Assembly: GCA_044226015.1 (NCBI GenBank) | Contig: JBGAHS010000001.1 | Span: 1,024,001 to 1,088,000, forward strand | DNA length: 64,000 nt | Direction of reading: 5' to 3' | DNA from: Candidatus Obscuribacteraceae bacterium | GTDB lineage: Bacteria; Cyanobacteriota; Vampirovibrionia; Obscuribacterales; Obscuribacteraceae | Shown: one piece after another, positions 29,436 to 38,203 of the stretch | Numbering within the stretch: the stretch's first letter is position 1 | Layout of the letters: the number at the start of each line of letters is the position of its first letter | Position numbers and translations under genes: made by a program | The notes under the pieces: model-generated | Told to the model about the DNA's origin: nothing | The model's database searches: none | Seen by the model: the letters and a program-made list of their open reading frames with translations, nothing else

Positions 29436-30473
29436 TCAATCAAGAATTTTTTTCAGCCATAGCTTAAGCGTATCAACAGAGTCGAAGTCCAGTATGGATT
29501 CAACTAGCAATTCAAGTTTCGAAATCGAAAGTTGTTGTATTTGTGCCTCAACAACACTGTCAATTTTTCCGAATCGCTTGCTCAGGAGGCGCAAAAGCGT
29601 TTTTGCTGTGAGCTCACGGGCTTTCTCTAGTCCTTCCTGTCGACCTTCCTCGCGACCTTCCTCGCGACCTTCCTCGCGACCTTCCTCGCGACCTTCCTCG
29701 CGACCTTCCTCGCGACCTTCCTGTATAGCTTTCTCTCGTGCTATGCGCAAATCTTCCTGGTATGAAACGAGGCGACTAATTTCATCCCTTTGAACACGAA
29801 CTCGAGCTTTGTATCGCTCTCTTTCTAAATCGTCTTGACTCAGCATAACTAACTCTTCAAGTGCCTTCTTTATATGAGTATTGCATAGAGACTTTGGCAG
29901 ATGGCTGCTGTCTAAGTGGTCAGCATGGCGAAAAAAGTAGAGCCATGCGTCCAAACCATTGCTTATTTTCTCGGGCATTAGATTGAACTTGGGCAATTCC
30001 AACACCACTATTAATATATCAGAACTGAAAACAAAGCCGTTTTTTCGATTCCGAAGCTCAAAGGGCAGGCAATAATCTTCGGTTTCGGGAAAGAGAACAA
30101 AATCACAAAAGCATATGGAAATAGTTGGTCTTAGTTCATTGTATGGGTCTCCTGCGCGCAGCTGTTGCTGGTGCAATTCTGCCCAGTAGAAGAGTAGTCG
30201 TTCTTTTATTGGCCGCTCAAAAAGCAGCTGCATCTCCACATCAAATTGTCGCCCACTGCAATCACGAGCTTTCACATCGACAATTGAAAGCTTGTCGTCA
30301 ATGCTATCCTGTTCACTGAAAGGGTTCAGCAATTCAAGTGAAATTATCTCTTCCACCGCAAGAAGTGGTTTTAAAACAGCATTGAGCAAATCTATGAGTA
30401 AGGCTATATTTTGCTCTCTTCCGAAAAGCCATTTGAATGCCAGATCAATTTTGGGATCGATTCCAGGTTTCAT
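29436..30473 (-). CDS. Rpn-family (PD-(D/E)xK, YhgA-like) nuclease with DUF4351-like C-terminus
   Basis: DPKIDLAFKWLFG, SIVDVKA, DVEMQ, ELPKF, EEGR repeats; ATG 30473 with GGAGG SD (ORF track start 30620). Confidence 0.88.
   Translation of the reverse strand: MKPGIDPKIDLAFKWLFGREQNIALLIDLLNAVLKPLLAVEEIISLELLNPFSEQDSIDDKLSIVDVKARDCSGRQFDVEMQLLFERPIKERLLFYWAELHQQQLRAGDPYNELRPTISICFCDFVLFPETEDYCLPFELRNRKNGFVFSSDILIVVLELPKFNLMPEKISNGLDAWLYFFRHADHLDSSHLPKSLCNTHIKKALEELVMLSQDDLERERYKARVRVQRDEISRLVSYQEDLRIAREKAIQEGREEGREEGREEGREEGREEGREEGRQEGLEKARELTAKTLLRLLSKRFGKIDSVVEAQIQQLSISKLELLVESILDFDSVDTLKLWLKKILD
29641..29724. repeat. 12-bp coding tandem repeat CGACCTTCCTCG x6 plus one variant (EEGR)
   Basis: Six identical units at 29641-29712, then CGACCTTCCTGT. 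Confidence 0.95.
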
Positions 30474-30912
30474 GGTTAATCCTCCAGAATTGTAAGAAAC
30501 TGCTGAGCTTGAGATCTTCTGCCAATTCTGAACTGATGTCCAATGAGGCATGGCACTGTATATGGTGCCAGTTCTCCCGGTACCTATCAAAATTGATAGA
30601 GCGCCAATAACTATTGGCAAATGAGATTTCGCAGGAGGTGAAAAACCGCTTCAACTCCGGCAAAGCATGTGCACGTATATACGTATGGTATCCGTGCGCG
30701 TGTTCAATTGCAATTCTTTTCAACCCAAATCTTTTAGCAATTTCTTTTGCGAAAGGTCTATCTTTTGACCTAGAGAAAAGAGCTGTTTCTATCTCTAAGT
30801 GAATCGGGTTTACTTCACTTTGAGATTAGATTTTTCCCTGATCGTCTGATAATGGCAAGCTGTTCGATGTACGTAATGTATATTCGATTGGTGGTACCAG
30901 TTATGGTGACTT

Positions 30913-32274
30913 GTGAAGCGTTCTTCCAGTAGCAAGAGAAACACAAATGCTGCGTCACACACTGTGCGAAAGAATCGGAGTGCTAATTCTGATTGCGCCA
31001 AAGCTACTGAACAGATTCAATACTTAAGTCCCAATGTCAGCAGTACCAATATATGTGTACCATTCTCTATAAATAGCTCTGACCTGAAACAAGGAGATTT
31101 TTCCATTGCTCTTGGAGGCTCAAGCAATTCTGGAATTGCGTTACCTCATACCGCTAGCCTCAATACTGACGCTACCATTCAGCAATCGCATTCACAGCAA
31201 TCTTTAGCTCAGTCGTTAGACAGGAAGACTTCGGAGGAAAATCAAAAGCCTCCCGCAAAAAGAGTTTCCGAAATTGAATTGGCCAGGCAAAAGTACATCC
31301 GTTTTTTGCAAAAGGAACGCGGTCTTTCGCTGAATACAAGTAATGCTTACAACAACGATATTTCTGCTTTTATTGCCTGGCTTGATTCCTCAAAAGTTGA
31401 AGTCAATCGCAATAGTTTGACCAAGTACTTGCAGTACTTGAAGGCGGAAGGAATGCAAGCTAGCACTCTTGCACGAAAGTTAGCCACCTTGCGAGGTTGG
31501 TTTGATTGGCAGAAGAGTAACCAACTGATTTCGAGTGACCCTAGCGATGGAATCATGAACCCTAAACTTGCGCGAAGGCTGCCGCAGGTTCTCAGCAATA
31601 ATGAAGTCACAAATATGATCGGCGCGGCTTCTACCCCACGCGAAAAGGTTATTGTTGAATTGCTTTATGGTGCCGGTCTTCGGGTTTCTGAATTGATTAC
31701 TCTGAGTTTGAATGATGTGAATTTATCTCACGGGTATGTTCGATGTTTAGGTAAAGGCAGCAAAGAAAGAATTGTGCCAATAGGTCGTGCAGCGATCGGG
31801 GCGATTAAAGAGTATCTTGACTCTGACGAGCGACTGAATCCAAAGGATGCGCCGCCGAGCACGAAAAAGAAGCGGGGGCGTCCTAAGAAAACTGTGAAAG
31901 ATATTGCCACTACTTCTGGTGGCAAGCGCAAAAAATTAGAGTACTCTGTCCCTTTGCTTGCTGACCGGCAGGGAAAAAATTTGAATCGACTTGTTGTCTG
32001 GCAGACCGTGAAACGTCTAGCCCAGACAGCAAAAATAAAGAAAGAAATGTCTCCGCATACTCTCCGGCATAGCTTTGCGACTCATTTGCTTGAAAACGGA
32101 GCAGATTTGCGGGTGGTTCAAGAATTGCTAGGACATTCCAGTGTTGTGACAACCCAACTCTACACACACATAAGTCGCAAACATCTCAAGAAGGCCTACA
32201 TGAGTGCTCAGCTGAAGTTAGACGACCTTGCTTTTGCCCGAGAAGTCGAAAAACAGGCAAGTCTGGGTGATTGA
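30913..32274 (+). CDS. xerD: Tyrosine recombinase, XerD-like, with N-terminal extension and basic insertion
   Basis: ERGLSLNT..AY..D, LYGAGLRVSEL, GKGSKERIVP, SPHTLRHSFATHLL, VQELLGH, TTQLYTH; start uncertain. Confidence 0.85.
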   Translation: MKRSSSSKRNTNAASHTVRKNRSANSDCAKATEQIQYLSPNVSSTNICVPFSINSSDLKQGDFSIALGGSSNSGIALPHTASLNTDATIQQSHSQQSLAQSLDRKTSEENQKPPAKRVSEIELARQKYIRFLQKERGLSLNTSNAYNNDISAFIAWLDSSKVEVNRNSLTKYLQYLKAEGMQASTLARKLATLRGWFDWQKSNQLISSDPSDGIMNPKLARRLPQVLSNNEVTNMIGAASTPREKVIVELLYGAGLRVSELITLSLNDVNLSHGYVRCLGKGSKERIVPIGRAAIGAIKEYLDSDERLNPKDAPPSTKKKRGRPKKTVKDIATTSGGKRKKLEYSVPLLADRQGKNLNRLVVWQTVKRLAQTAKIKKEMSPHTLRHSFATHLLENGADLRVVQELLGHSSVVTTQLYTHISRKHLKKAYMSAQLKLDDLAFAREVEKQASLGD

Positions 32275-32495
32275 GATGAGTAGTCAATTAGCTGATTTGT
32301 TTCTTCTAATTGATAATTAATCTTGAAAGAATACATGGTCTTGACTGTAATAGGGTACCTTTAGTGCAGGTTGCTTTGTCTTAGAGCGACCTGGGTCATC
32401 AGGAAACGCGTTCTTCGAAAGCCGGGTTTGAGCAGCAGCTCCCCTGCAACGAATCCCTAGACCCGAAGTCACGGTCAACCACAGCGAGTACTTTA

Positions 32496-33620
32496 ATGCG
32501 TAAAAAAACAGGTGAGGGCACCAAAATCGCCCAGGCAGCCAAAGAACTTGGCGTCACTTCAGTTACGATTCGGCGATACATTACTGAGTTCAACATTGAA
32601 ACAACCTCCGACGAGAACGGCATCAAAGTTCTTCCGGCTCAAGCGATGGACGAGTTGGGAGAAATTAGAAAGCTAAAGGAAGAGGGTCTGACGAATCCGA
32701 AAGTTCTAGAAATTTTGGAAGAGTCGAGAAACAAAGTCTCGGAAAAACCAAAGTCCAAAAAGGACAAGGAAGAGAAAGAAAAGGAAAAAGAGAAGGAAAA
32801 GGAGAAAGAAGCTCCTGTTGCCAGGCGCGTTGCTAGAAAAGTGCAGGAAGCTCCTCCTGCTGCATCTCGTCGCAAAGCGAAAGAAGTCGTTGTAGAGCAG
32901 GAAGAAGAGGAAGAAGAAGAAGACTCTGAAGATGAGTCTGAAGAAGTTTCAGAATCCAAATCGGCAGCATCTGATGAAGATGATGAGTCCGGCGATGATA
33001 AAGAGCCATCAGAAGCTCCTGTCCAGATCATCAGCGCAGATGGCAAATCGAAATACTCACTAACTTGTCAGACTTGCAATAAAACTTTCGAGCACATGAA
33101 TCCACGTTTGCGTGATTGTCTTGATTGTTATCGCATCAAGCGAAAAGAAAGACGCCGCGGTGGCGACAAGCACAAGAATGTTATTCAAAATCCGCTTGCG
33201 CAGCAGGTCGTTAGCAAAAATCAACAGCTCGCACAGCAACAGCAGCAAGGTGAGATGGAGCCAGCGGCACCAGCAGCAGCTCCTGCAGCTCTAGTTGCTC
33301 CTCGCGAACGTGTGGAACCAAGAAAAGTTTCCGTACGTGAACAGTTGAATTTTGCTCCAGTAGGAACAACTCCTACTGTATACCAGCAGCGCTCGCAAGT
33401 CCGCAGCTACAGAAAGGCGATTGAAGAGACAAGACAAATTACTTCGAATTTGAAACGTCGACTTGAGCGCCCTGACCTACCAGAAGCTGAACGTCGTTTT
33501 CTTGAGCAGATTTACGCTTACCAGCTAATCTTGCATCAGGGGTGGAAGCATTTGTCAGAGTACAAACAAGGTGATGGCGGCGGCGGTGGAAGCCGCGGCG
33601 AAAACCGCGCCGAAAACTAA
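32496..33620 (+). CDS. MerR-like HTH protein with charged linker and CxxC...CxxC zinc finger
   Basis: IAQAAKELGVTSVTIRRY; EK and poly-E tracts; CQTC...CLDC. Confidence 0.75.
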   Translation: MRKKTGEGTKIAQAAKELGVTSVTIRRYITEFNIETTSDENGIKVLPAQAMDELGEIRKLKEEGLTNPKVLEILEESRNKVSEKPKSKKDKEEKEKEKEKEKEKEAPVARRVARKVQEAPPAASRRKAKEVVVEQEEEEEEEDSEDESEEVSESKSAASDEDDESGDDKEPSEAPVQIISADGKSKYSLTCQTCNKTFEHMNPRLRDCLDCYRIKRKERRRGGDKHKNVIQNPLAQQVVSKNQQLAQQQQQGEMEPAAPAAAPAALVAPRERVEPRKVSVREQLNFAPVGTTPTVYQQRSQVRSYRKAIEETRQITSNLKRRLERPDLPEAERRFLEQIYAYQLILHQGWKHLSEYKQGDGGGGGSRGENRAEN

Positions 33621-33722
33621 CACTCATTAGCTGGGCAAATAAAATTCCGCAATTTACTGCTCAGTTCACGTCCGATTCACGGACAGACATCAATAATAGG
33701 CATAGTCAACTTCATTGAGGCT

Positions 33723-33926
33723 ATGCCTATTTTGTCATCAAATACTTCTCGCACTGAGTATCTGGATGAACGGGTTCTTGAGCTACTTCTCAAAGGCAAG
33801 AGTTGTCGCGAGCTTTCGGACGAGCTTGCCGTGTCTAGTTCAGAAATTCTCGATTCGATAAGAAGATTGATGAAAGCCTCTCCTGAAACTCAACGGAGTA
33901 AGACTTTTGATCAAGAAGTGAATTAG
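33723..33926 (+). CDS. Small HTH-like hypothetical protein
   Basis: 67 aa with GAGG SD; VLELLLKGKSCRELSDELAVS resembles a LuxR/sigma-4 HTH. Confidence 0.55.
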   Translation: MPILSSNTSRTEYLDERVLELLLKGKSCRELSDELAVSSSEILDSIRRLMKASPETQRSKTFDQEVN

Positions 33927-34020
33927 TTTCGCTCCAGGTTTAATTGAGTCGTGGACTCACTTTGTTGAATGTAATATCAAAAATTGATGCCTATTACGCA
34001 ATAGCTGATCCGCCGCTAAT

Positions 34021-35058
34021 TTAAAACGGTTCTGGCATGTCTTTGAGTGGCTGCGTATTAGCTGCAGGGTTGACTGGTGTCGCGAACGGGTCGGTTTCTC
34101 CTCCAACCAAACCAGGTACTGGCTGTGGCGGAGTTGGTGGACGATATTGTCCGACCGTGTCCGAACCTGTTAGTCCGGGCACTGCCCCTGGTGCTATCGG
34201 TGGAAGTGTATTGCTCATTCCTCGTGCATCAGGTGTTAATCCGTTGAGTCCAGGTGCTTCCGGTGCTGCGCCTACCGGTTTCACATATTCTTCAGGAATA
34301 ATCATTGTTTTGTTCAGCCGCACAGGGACTAATTCGTCTTCGTCCATGTAAAAGTCTTTGCCGCGGTATTTTTTTGCATACATGAAGCCCACACCGTTTG
34401 TGAATGAGCCCATCATTCCAGCAATGTGGTGACCGGTGTCTCTCACATCAAAACCGGCATTACGTTTCTTAGGTTTATCAAATTCGTGATTTGGATTTAC
34501 CGCAATGAACCCCGCAAAAGGCAGATGCCGTCCATCTGGCAGCACGAGCGATTGAAGACTGACCTGCAGCGAACCTGGTTGTCCCGCTACTTTTTGCGAC
34601 TTCGCAGGCACCACATGTGTAATCGCACCTACGATTTTGCTTCCGCGTGGTATCACTTGCAAATTGTTTTCTACGTAACCTTCATCCAGTGATAACGCAA
34701 AAATATCGCCTATCTTATTGCTTCCAGAAGAAATTTCATCCTCGAGCCTTCCAGTCAGTACAACACCTGGTTGAATTCTGTTAGCGAAGCCTGACATCTG
34801 ACCGCTTTGCCAGAAGTTTGGAGGTAGTTTACCCGGCATAACTTTTGACTGATTGAATGCTGGCGGTACTCCGGTGTGCAGAGTTCCTGGCAACTGTCCG
34901 ACCTGGTAATTCGTCGGCGGTTGCTGAGCAGGCAGCGTTGGATGTTGCATGTCCCACGGCGATCGAGCGTCAGCCGATTGCAGACCATTAATGGACCCTG
35001 TCAAGCTGAAAGCAAGAGCTGAGATCAAACTTAAAAGTCGTGAAGTGCGCGAGAACAT
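34021..35058 (-). CDS. Secreted hypothetical protein with TrbI/VirB10-like beta domain and Pro-rich tails
   Basis: Signal peptide; LEDEISSG..KIGD, VIPRGSKIVG.ITHV, GSLQVSLQSLVLPDG. Confidence 0.65.
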   Translation of the reverse strand: MFSRTSRLLSLISALAFSLTGSINGLQSADARSPWDMQHPTLPAQQPPTNYQVGQLPGTLHTGVPPAFNQSKVMPGKLPPNFWQSGQMSGFANRIQPGVVLTGRLEDEISSGSNKIGDIFALSLDEGYVENNLQVIPRGSKIVGAITHVVPAKSQKVAGQPGSLQVSLQSLVLPDGRHLPFAGFIAVNPNHEFDKPKKRNAGFDVRDTGHHIAGMMGSFTNGVGFMYAKKYRGKDFYMDEDELVPVRLNKTMIIPEEYVKPVGAAPEAPGLNGLTPDARGMSNTLPPIAPGAVPGLTGSDTVGQYRPPTPPQPVPGLVGGETDPFATPVNPAANTQPLKDMPEPF

Positions 35059-35194
35059 TCTTTTACAGGCTCCGATATATCGATCCGGAGTCTATCCAAG
35101 AATAGAAACGATCGCTATGTGAGGAATACGAAGCATGGTAAGATTCAAGGCTTGTGGTCTGCCTTACTGGCAGATAAACAAGATATATACATCA

Positions 35195-35240
35195 CACCCT
35201 TGCCTGCTCGAAAAGCAGGCCGTTTAGCCCAGAAGGGAGC
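35195..35240 (+). promoter_or_regulatory. S6:S18-binding ribosomal protein leader
   Basis: Inner hairpin GCCTGCT/AGCAGGC, unpaired CCC (35228-35230), outer CCCT pairing with the AGGGAG SD of rpsF. Confidence 0.65.
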
Positions 35241-35245
35241 TTAAA

Positions 35246-35566
35246 ATGTCAGAAGATTTGAGAAAATATGAAACCGTGTTCATCGTTCGCCCAACATTGG
35301 ACGATGAATCCGTCGACCGCTGTGTAAACACAGTCGAAGAATTCATTAAAGGACAAGGCGGCAAAATCATTTCCACAGATAAGAAGGGTCGCAAGAGACT
35401 CTCTTATGAAGTGAAGAAATTGCGTGATGGTTTCTTCGTAACACTGCGCTACGAAGCTAAGCCAGAGACAATCACTGCTTTCAGAAGAATGATTCAGTTG
35501 AACGAAGATATTATCCGTTCAATCACCGTAACCCTTGAAGAAGCAGCACTACAGCTCAATATCTAA
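35246..35566 (+). CDS. rpsF: 30S ribosomal protein S6
   Basis: RKYETVFIVRP, GRKRLSYEVKK, LNEDIIR. Confidence 0.97.
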   Translation: MSEDLRKYETVFIVRPTLDDESVDRCVNTVEEFIKGQGGKIISTDKKGRKRLSYEVKKLRDGFFVTLRYEAKPETITAFRRMIQLNEDIIRSITVTLEEAALQLNI

Positions 35567-35601
35567 TCGTTCGAATTGCTACACACTAAGGGAGAAACTC
35601 T

Positions 35602-36060
35602 ATGAGCAGCCTCAGTAAAATCGTCATTTCAGGACGTGTGATTCGTCCGCCAGAAAAGCGTTTTACGCCAAACAACAATATAGCTGTCACTGAGTTTGCC
35701 ATTGCTGTAGATAGCAAGCCACGCCAGGATGGAACTGTTGAATCTCACCCGGTCAAAGTCATTGCCTGGAGAGACCTCGCAGAGCGCCTCGCAAATGAAC
35801 TCAAGAAAGGCGATCTCGTAGCTGTTGATGGACGTATTCAGTTCAATAACTACACAAACTCTGAAGGTCAACGCCGCAGAGACGTAGAAGTTGATGCTAT
35901 CGACGTTGAAAACCTCAGTCAGGTTGCGGCTGGTGGCGGAAGCGCTCCTGCTGTTGTTCCTTCGAGATCACCAGTGAAAGCCGCGTCTAAAACTAAAGGC
36001 GAAGCTGCGCCTGATGACCTCGACGCGATTTTCGCTAGCGAAGACGAAATTCCGTTCTAA
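35602..36060 (+). CDS. ssb: Single-stranded DNA-binding protein
   Basis: OB fold, LKKGDLVAVDGRI, C-terminal EDEIPF; rpsF-ssb-rpsR synteny. Confidence 0.96.
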   Translation: MSSLSKIVISGRVIRPPEKRFTPNNNIAVTEFAIAVDSKPRQDGTVESHPVKVIAWRDLAERLANELKKGDLVAVDGRIQFNNYTNSEGQRRRDVEVDAIDVENLSQVAAGGGSAPAVVPSRSPVKAASKTKGEAAPDDLDAIFASEDEIPF

Positions 36061-36140
36061 ACCTAACTTGCGAACTATTTAGATTAACCAGGCAAGCGCG
36101 GTCTCCGCGCTTGTGCGGTTTTTGCTGATCGGGAGGAAAC

Positions 36141-36362
36141 ATGAACGTGGTCAAAGAAGCCCGTCCAGTGGTCGCGAAAACTTGCCGTTTATGCGCAAAC
36201 AAGACGGTCGTCGATTACAAGGACTCTGAGCTGCTCAAGAAATTCCTGAATGAACAGGGCAAAATTCTGTCCAGGACGGTCACAGGCTGTTGTGCCGAAC
36301 ACCAGAAGGAAATAACTCTGGCTGTGAAGAGAAGTCGCGAGATCGGACTCATTTCGCGTTGA
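36141..36362 (+). CDS. rpsR: 30S ribosomal protein S18 (zinc-binding form)
   Basis: CRLC, VDYKD, GKILSR..TGCCAEHQ. Confidence 0.95.
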   Translation: MNVVKEARPVVAKTCRLCANKTVVDYKDSELLKKFLNEQGKILSRTVTGCCAEHQKEITLAVKRSREIGLISR

Positions 36363-36595
36363 CAACCATAGCCGCTAAGCTTGAGCGTATTGATGCCATG
36401 AGCTCGTCACGATTCTTCAAATTCTCGAGGAATCTAAACCGATTTCAGAGGCATTTAGCAAAGCTCTTGCCAGGTAGTGGACCTTGCTTTAGTCCCTGTT
36501 GTAAGATTACTAAATTGCCATGGAAGTTTTGAACTGAGTCTAGTGCTTAGTCGTAACTTCGAAGGTTTGACTACTGTCAACCTTGATTAAGCCCC

Positions 36596-36678
36596 GCCGA
36601 AGTGGTGAAATGGCAAACACGCTACGTTCAGGGCGTAGTGAGCATTAGCTCTTGTGGGTTCAAGTCCCACCTTCGGCA
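36596..36678 (+). tRNA. tRNA-Leu (anticodon CAG), CCA not encoded
   Basis: Acceptor GCCGAAG/CTTCGGC, anticodon arm CTACG-TTCAGGG-CGTAG, long variable arm, T arm GTGGG-TTCAAGT-CCCAC. Confidence 0.95.
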
Positions 36679-36712
36679 AATTTTTAGCGATATGGAGTGA
36701 GAACGAAAAGGC

Positions 36713-37303
36713 TTGACACATTCAGGACCACCAGGACAAGGCGGACCCGGCGCACCCGGGCAAAGACCAGATGGCAGAAGAGAAATGCCACTGCTCAACG
36801 AGAGAATTCGTGATCGCGAAGTGCGATTGATCGATGAGGAAGGCACTCAGATGGGTATTATGCTCACTCGTGAGGCACTGTCAGTAGCTCGTGAACGAGG
36901 CTTGGACCTATTCTTGGTGCAACCGGATGCAAGTCCTCCCGTCGCTCGTATCATGGATTACGGTCGCTACAAATTCGAACAAGAAAAGCGCAACCGTGAA
37001 GCCAAAAAGAAGCATCACAATGTTGATGTCAAAGAAATCAAAATGCGCTACAAAATCGAAGATCACGATTATCAAGTGAAGCTTCGGGCAGCTCAGAAAT
37101 TCCTACAAGACGGCGATAAGATCAAGGTTTTGATCATGCTTCGCGGTCGTGAAGTTCAGCACAAAGGGCTTGCAATCGAACTGATGAACAGATTCTTGAA
37201 AGAGCTTGATGATCTTGCGATTGTTGATCGCGAAGCTAAGCTTGAGGGCAAGAGTGTCATTATGATTCTTTCCCCTAATCCGCAGAGAGCCCGTCAGAGC
37301 TAA
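36713..37303 (+). CDS. infC: Translation initiation factor IF-3
   Basis: NERIRDREVRLID, PPVARIMDYGRYKFE, VKEIK, RGRE; non-ATG start. Confidence 0.97.
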   Translation: MTHSGPPGQGGPGAPGQRPDGRREMPLLNERIRDREVRLIDEEGTQMGIMLTREALSVARERGLDLFLVQPDASPPVARIMDYGRYKFEQEKRNREAKKKHHNVDVKEIKMRYKIEDHDYQVKLRAAQKFLQDGDKIKVLIMLRGREVQHKGLAIELMNRFLKELDDLAIVDREAKLEGKSVIMILSPNPQRARQS

Positions 37304-37528
37304 TAGAGTCGAATCCTGTCAGTGTCTCTCTGCAAATTGTTTGTAGTGCTCACAGGGCTGTAAAGTCCCGCTTTGTTCATGTCAAGCAATAAATGCACTT
37401 AGGCGCAAATATGATTCCAGTGCAGATTTTGTGCAGCACGTTAAGGGCTAGATTTTCAGAATTCCCCTAGAGTTGGCACATCCCTTGGCAGTCTGCGATA
37501 CAATTCCAGCAATGTCGAGTGCTTAACT

Positions 37529-38203
37529 ATGTCGCGAATTCTAATAGTTGAGGATGAAGAAGGTCTTTCCGGAGCCATTCGTGAATGGTTGGAAGACGAC
37601 TACTATGTCGTTTCCGTTGCTACAGACGGCAGCAGTGCACTCAGCCGACTCTTAAACGAGAAATTCGAGCTTGTACTCTTGGACCTGATGCTTCCTTGCC
37701 TGAGTGGAATTGATGTTTGCAAGAAATATCGGGAAGCCGGAGGGCTTGCCCAGATACTTATGCTCACCGCGAAAAGCACCCTTGCCGCGAAGGAAGCAGG
37801 TCTTGATAGCGGCGCTGATGACTATCTGACCAAACCATTTGATATGCGCGAATTGTCTGCTCGGGTACGTGCTCTTCTTCGTCGTCCGCAGACGCAACCG
37901 CGCATCGTTCTTCAAGCTGGTGACATTAAGCTCGACCGTAACTCCCGCTCTGTGACGAAAGCTGGTCGTCCCCTGAAGCTTTTACCCAAAGAGTTCTTGC
38001 TTCTAGAAGTCTTGCTGGAATACTATGCACAGGTTCTCAGCACCGATGAATTAATCGATCATGTGTGGGGCGTGGATGCTGAAATAGCACCAGATACGGT
38101 GCGGTCTCATTTGAAGACACTGAGGAAGAAAATCGATGATCCTTCACGGTCATCCCTTATAAAAACTGTCCATGGTATGGGATACAAAATTGAGGCGGAC
38201 TGA
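37529..38203 (+). CDS. OmpR-family response regulator
   Basis: ILIVEDE, LLDLMLP, GADDYLTKPF, wHTH IKTVHGMGY. Confidence 0.95.
   Translation: MSRILIVEDEEGLSGAIREWLEDDYYVVSVATDGSSALSRLLNEKFELVLLDLMLPCLSGIDVCKKYREAGGLAQILMLTAKSTLAAKEAGLDSGADDYLTKPFDMRELSARVRALLRRPQTQPRIVLQAGDIKLDRNSRSVTKAGRPLKLLPKEFLLLEVLLEYYAQVLSTDELIDHVWGVDAEIAPDTVRSHLKTLRKKIDDPSRSSLIKTVHGMGYKIEAD

Noticed and set aside
29341..29793. 150-aa plus-strand ORF with SSRP repeats
   Set aside because: Antisense shadow of the Rpn EEGR repeat
30913..32274. Prophage or integron integrase
   Set aside because: Motifs are XerD-like; no phage genes or attC cassettes seen
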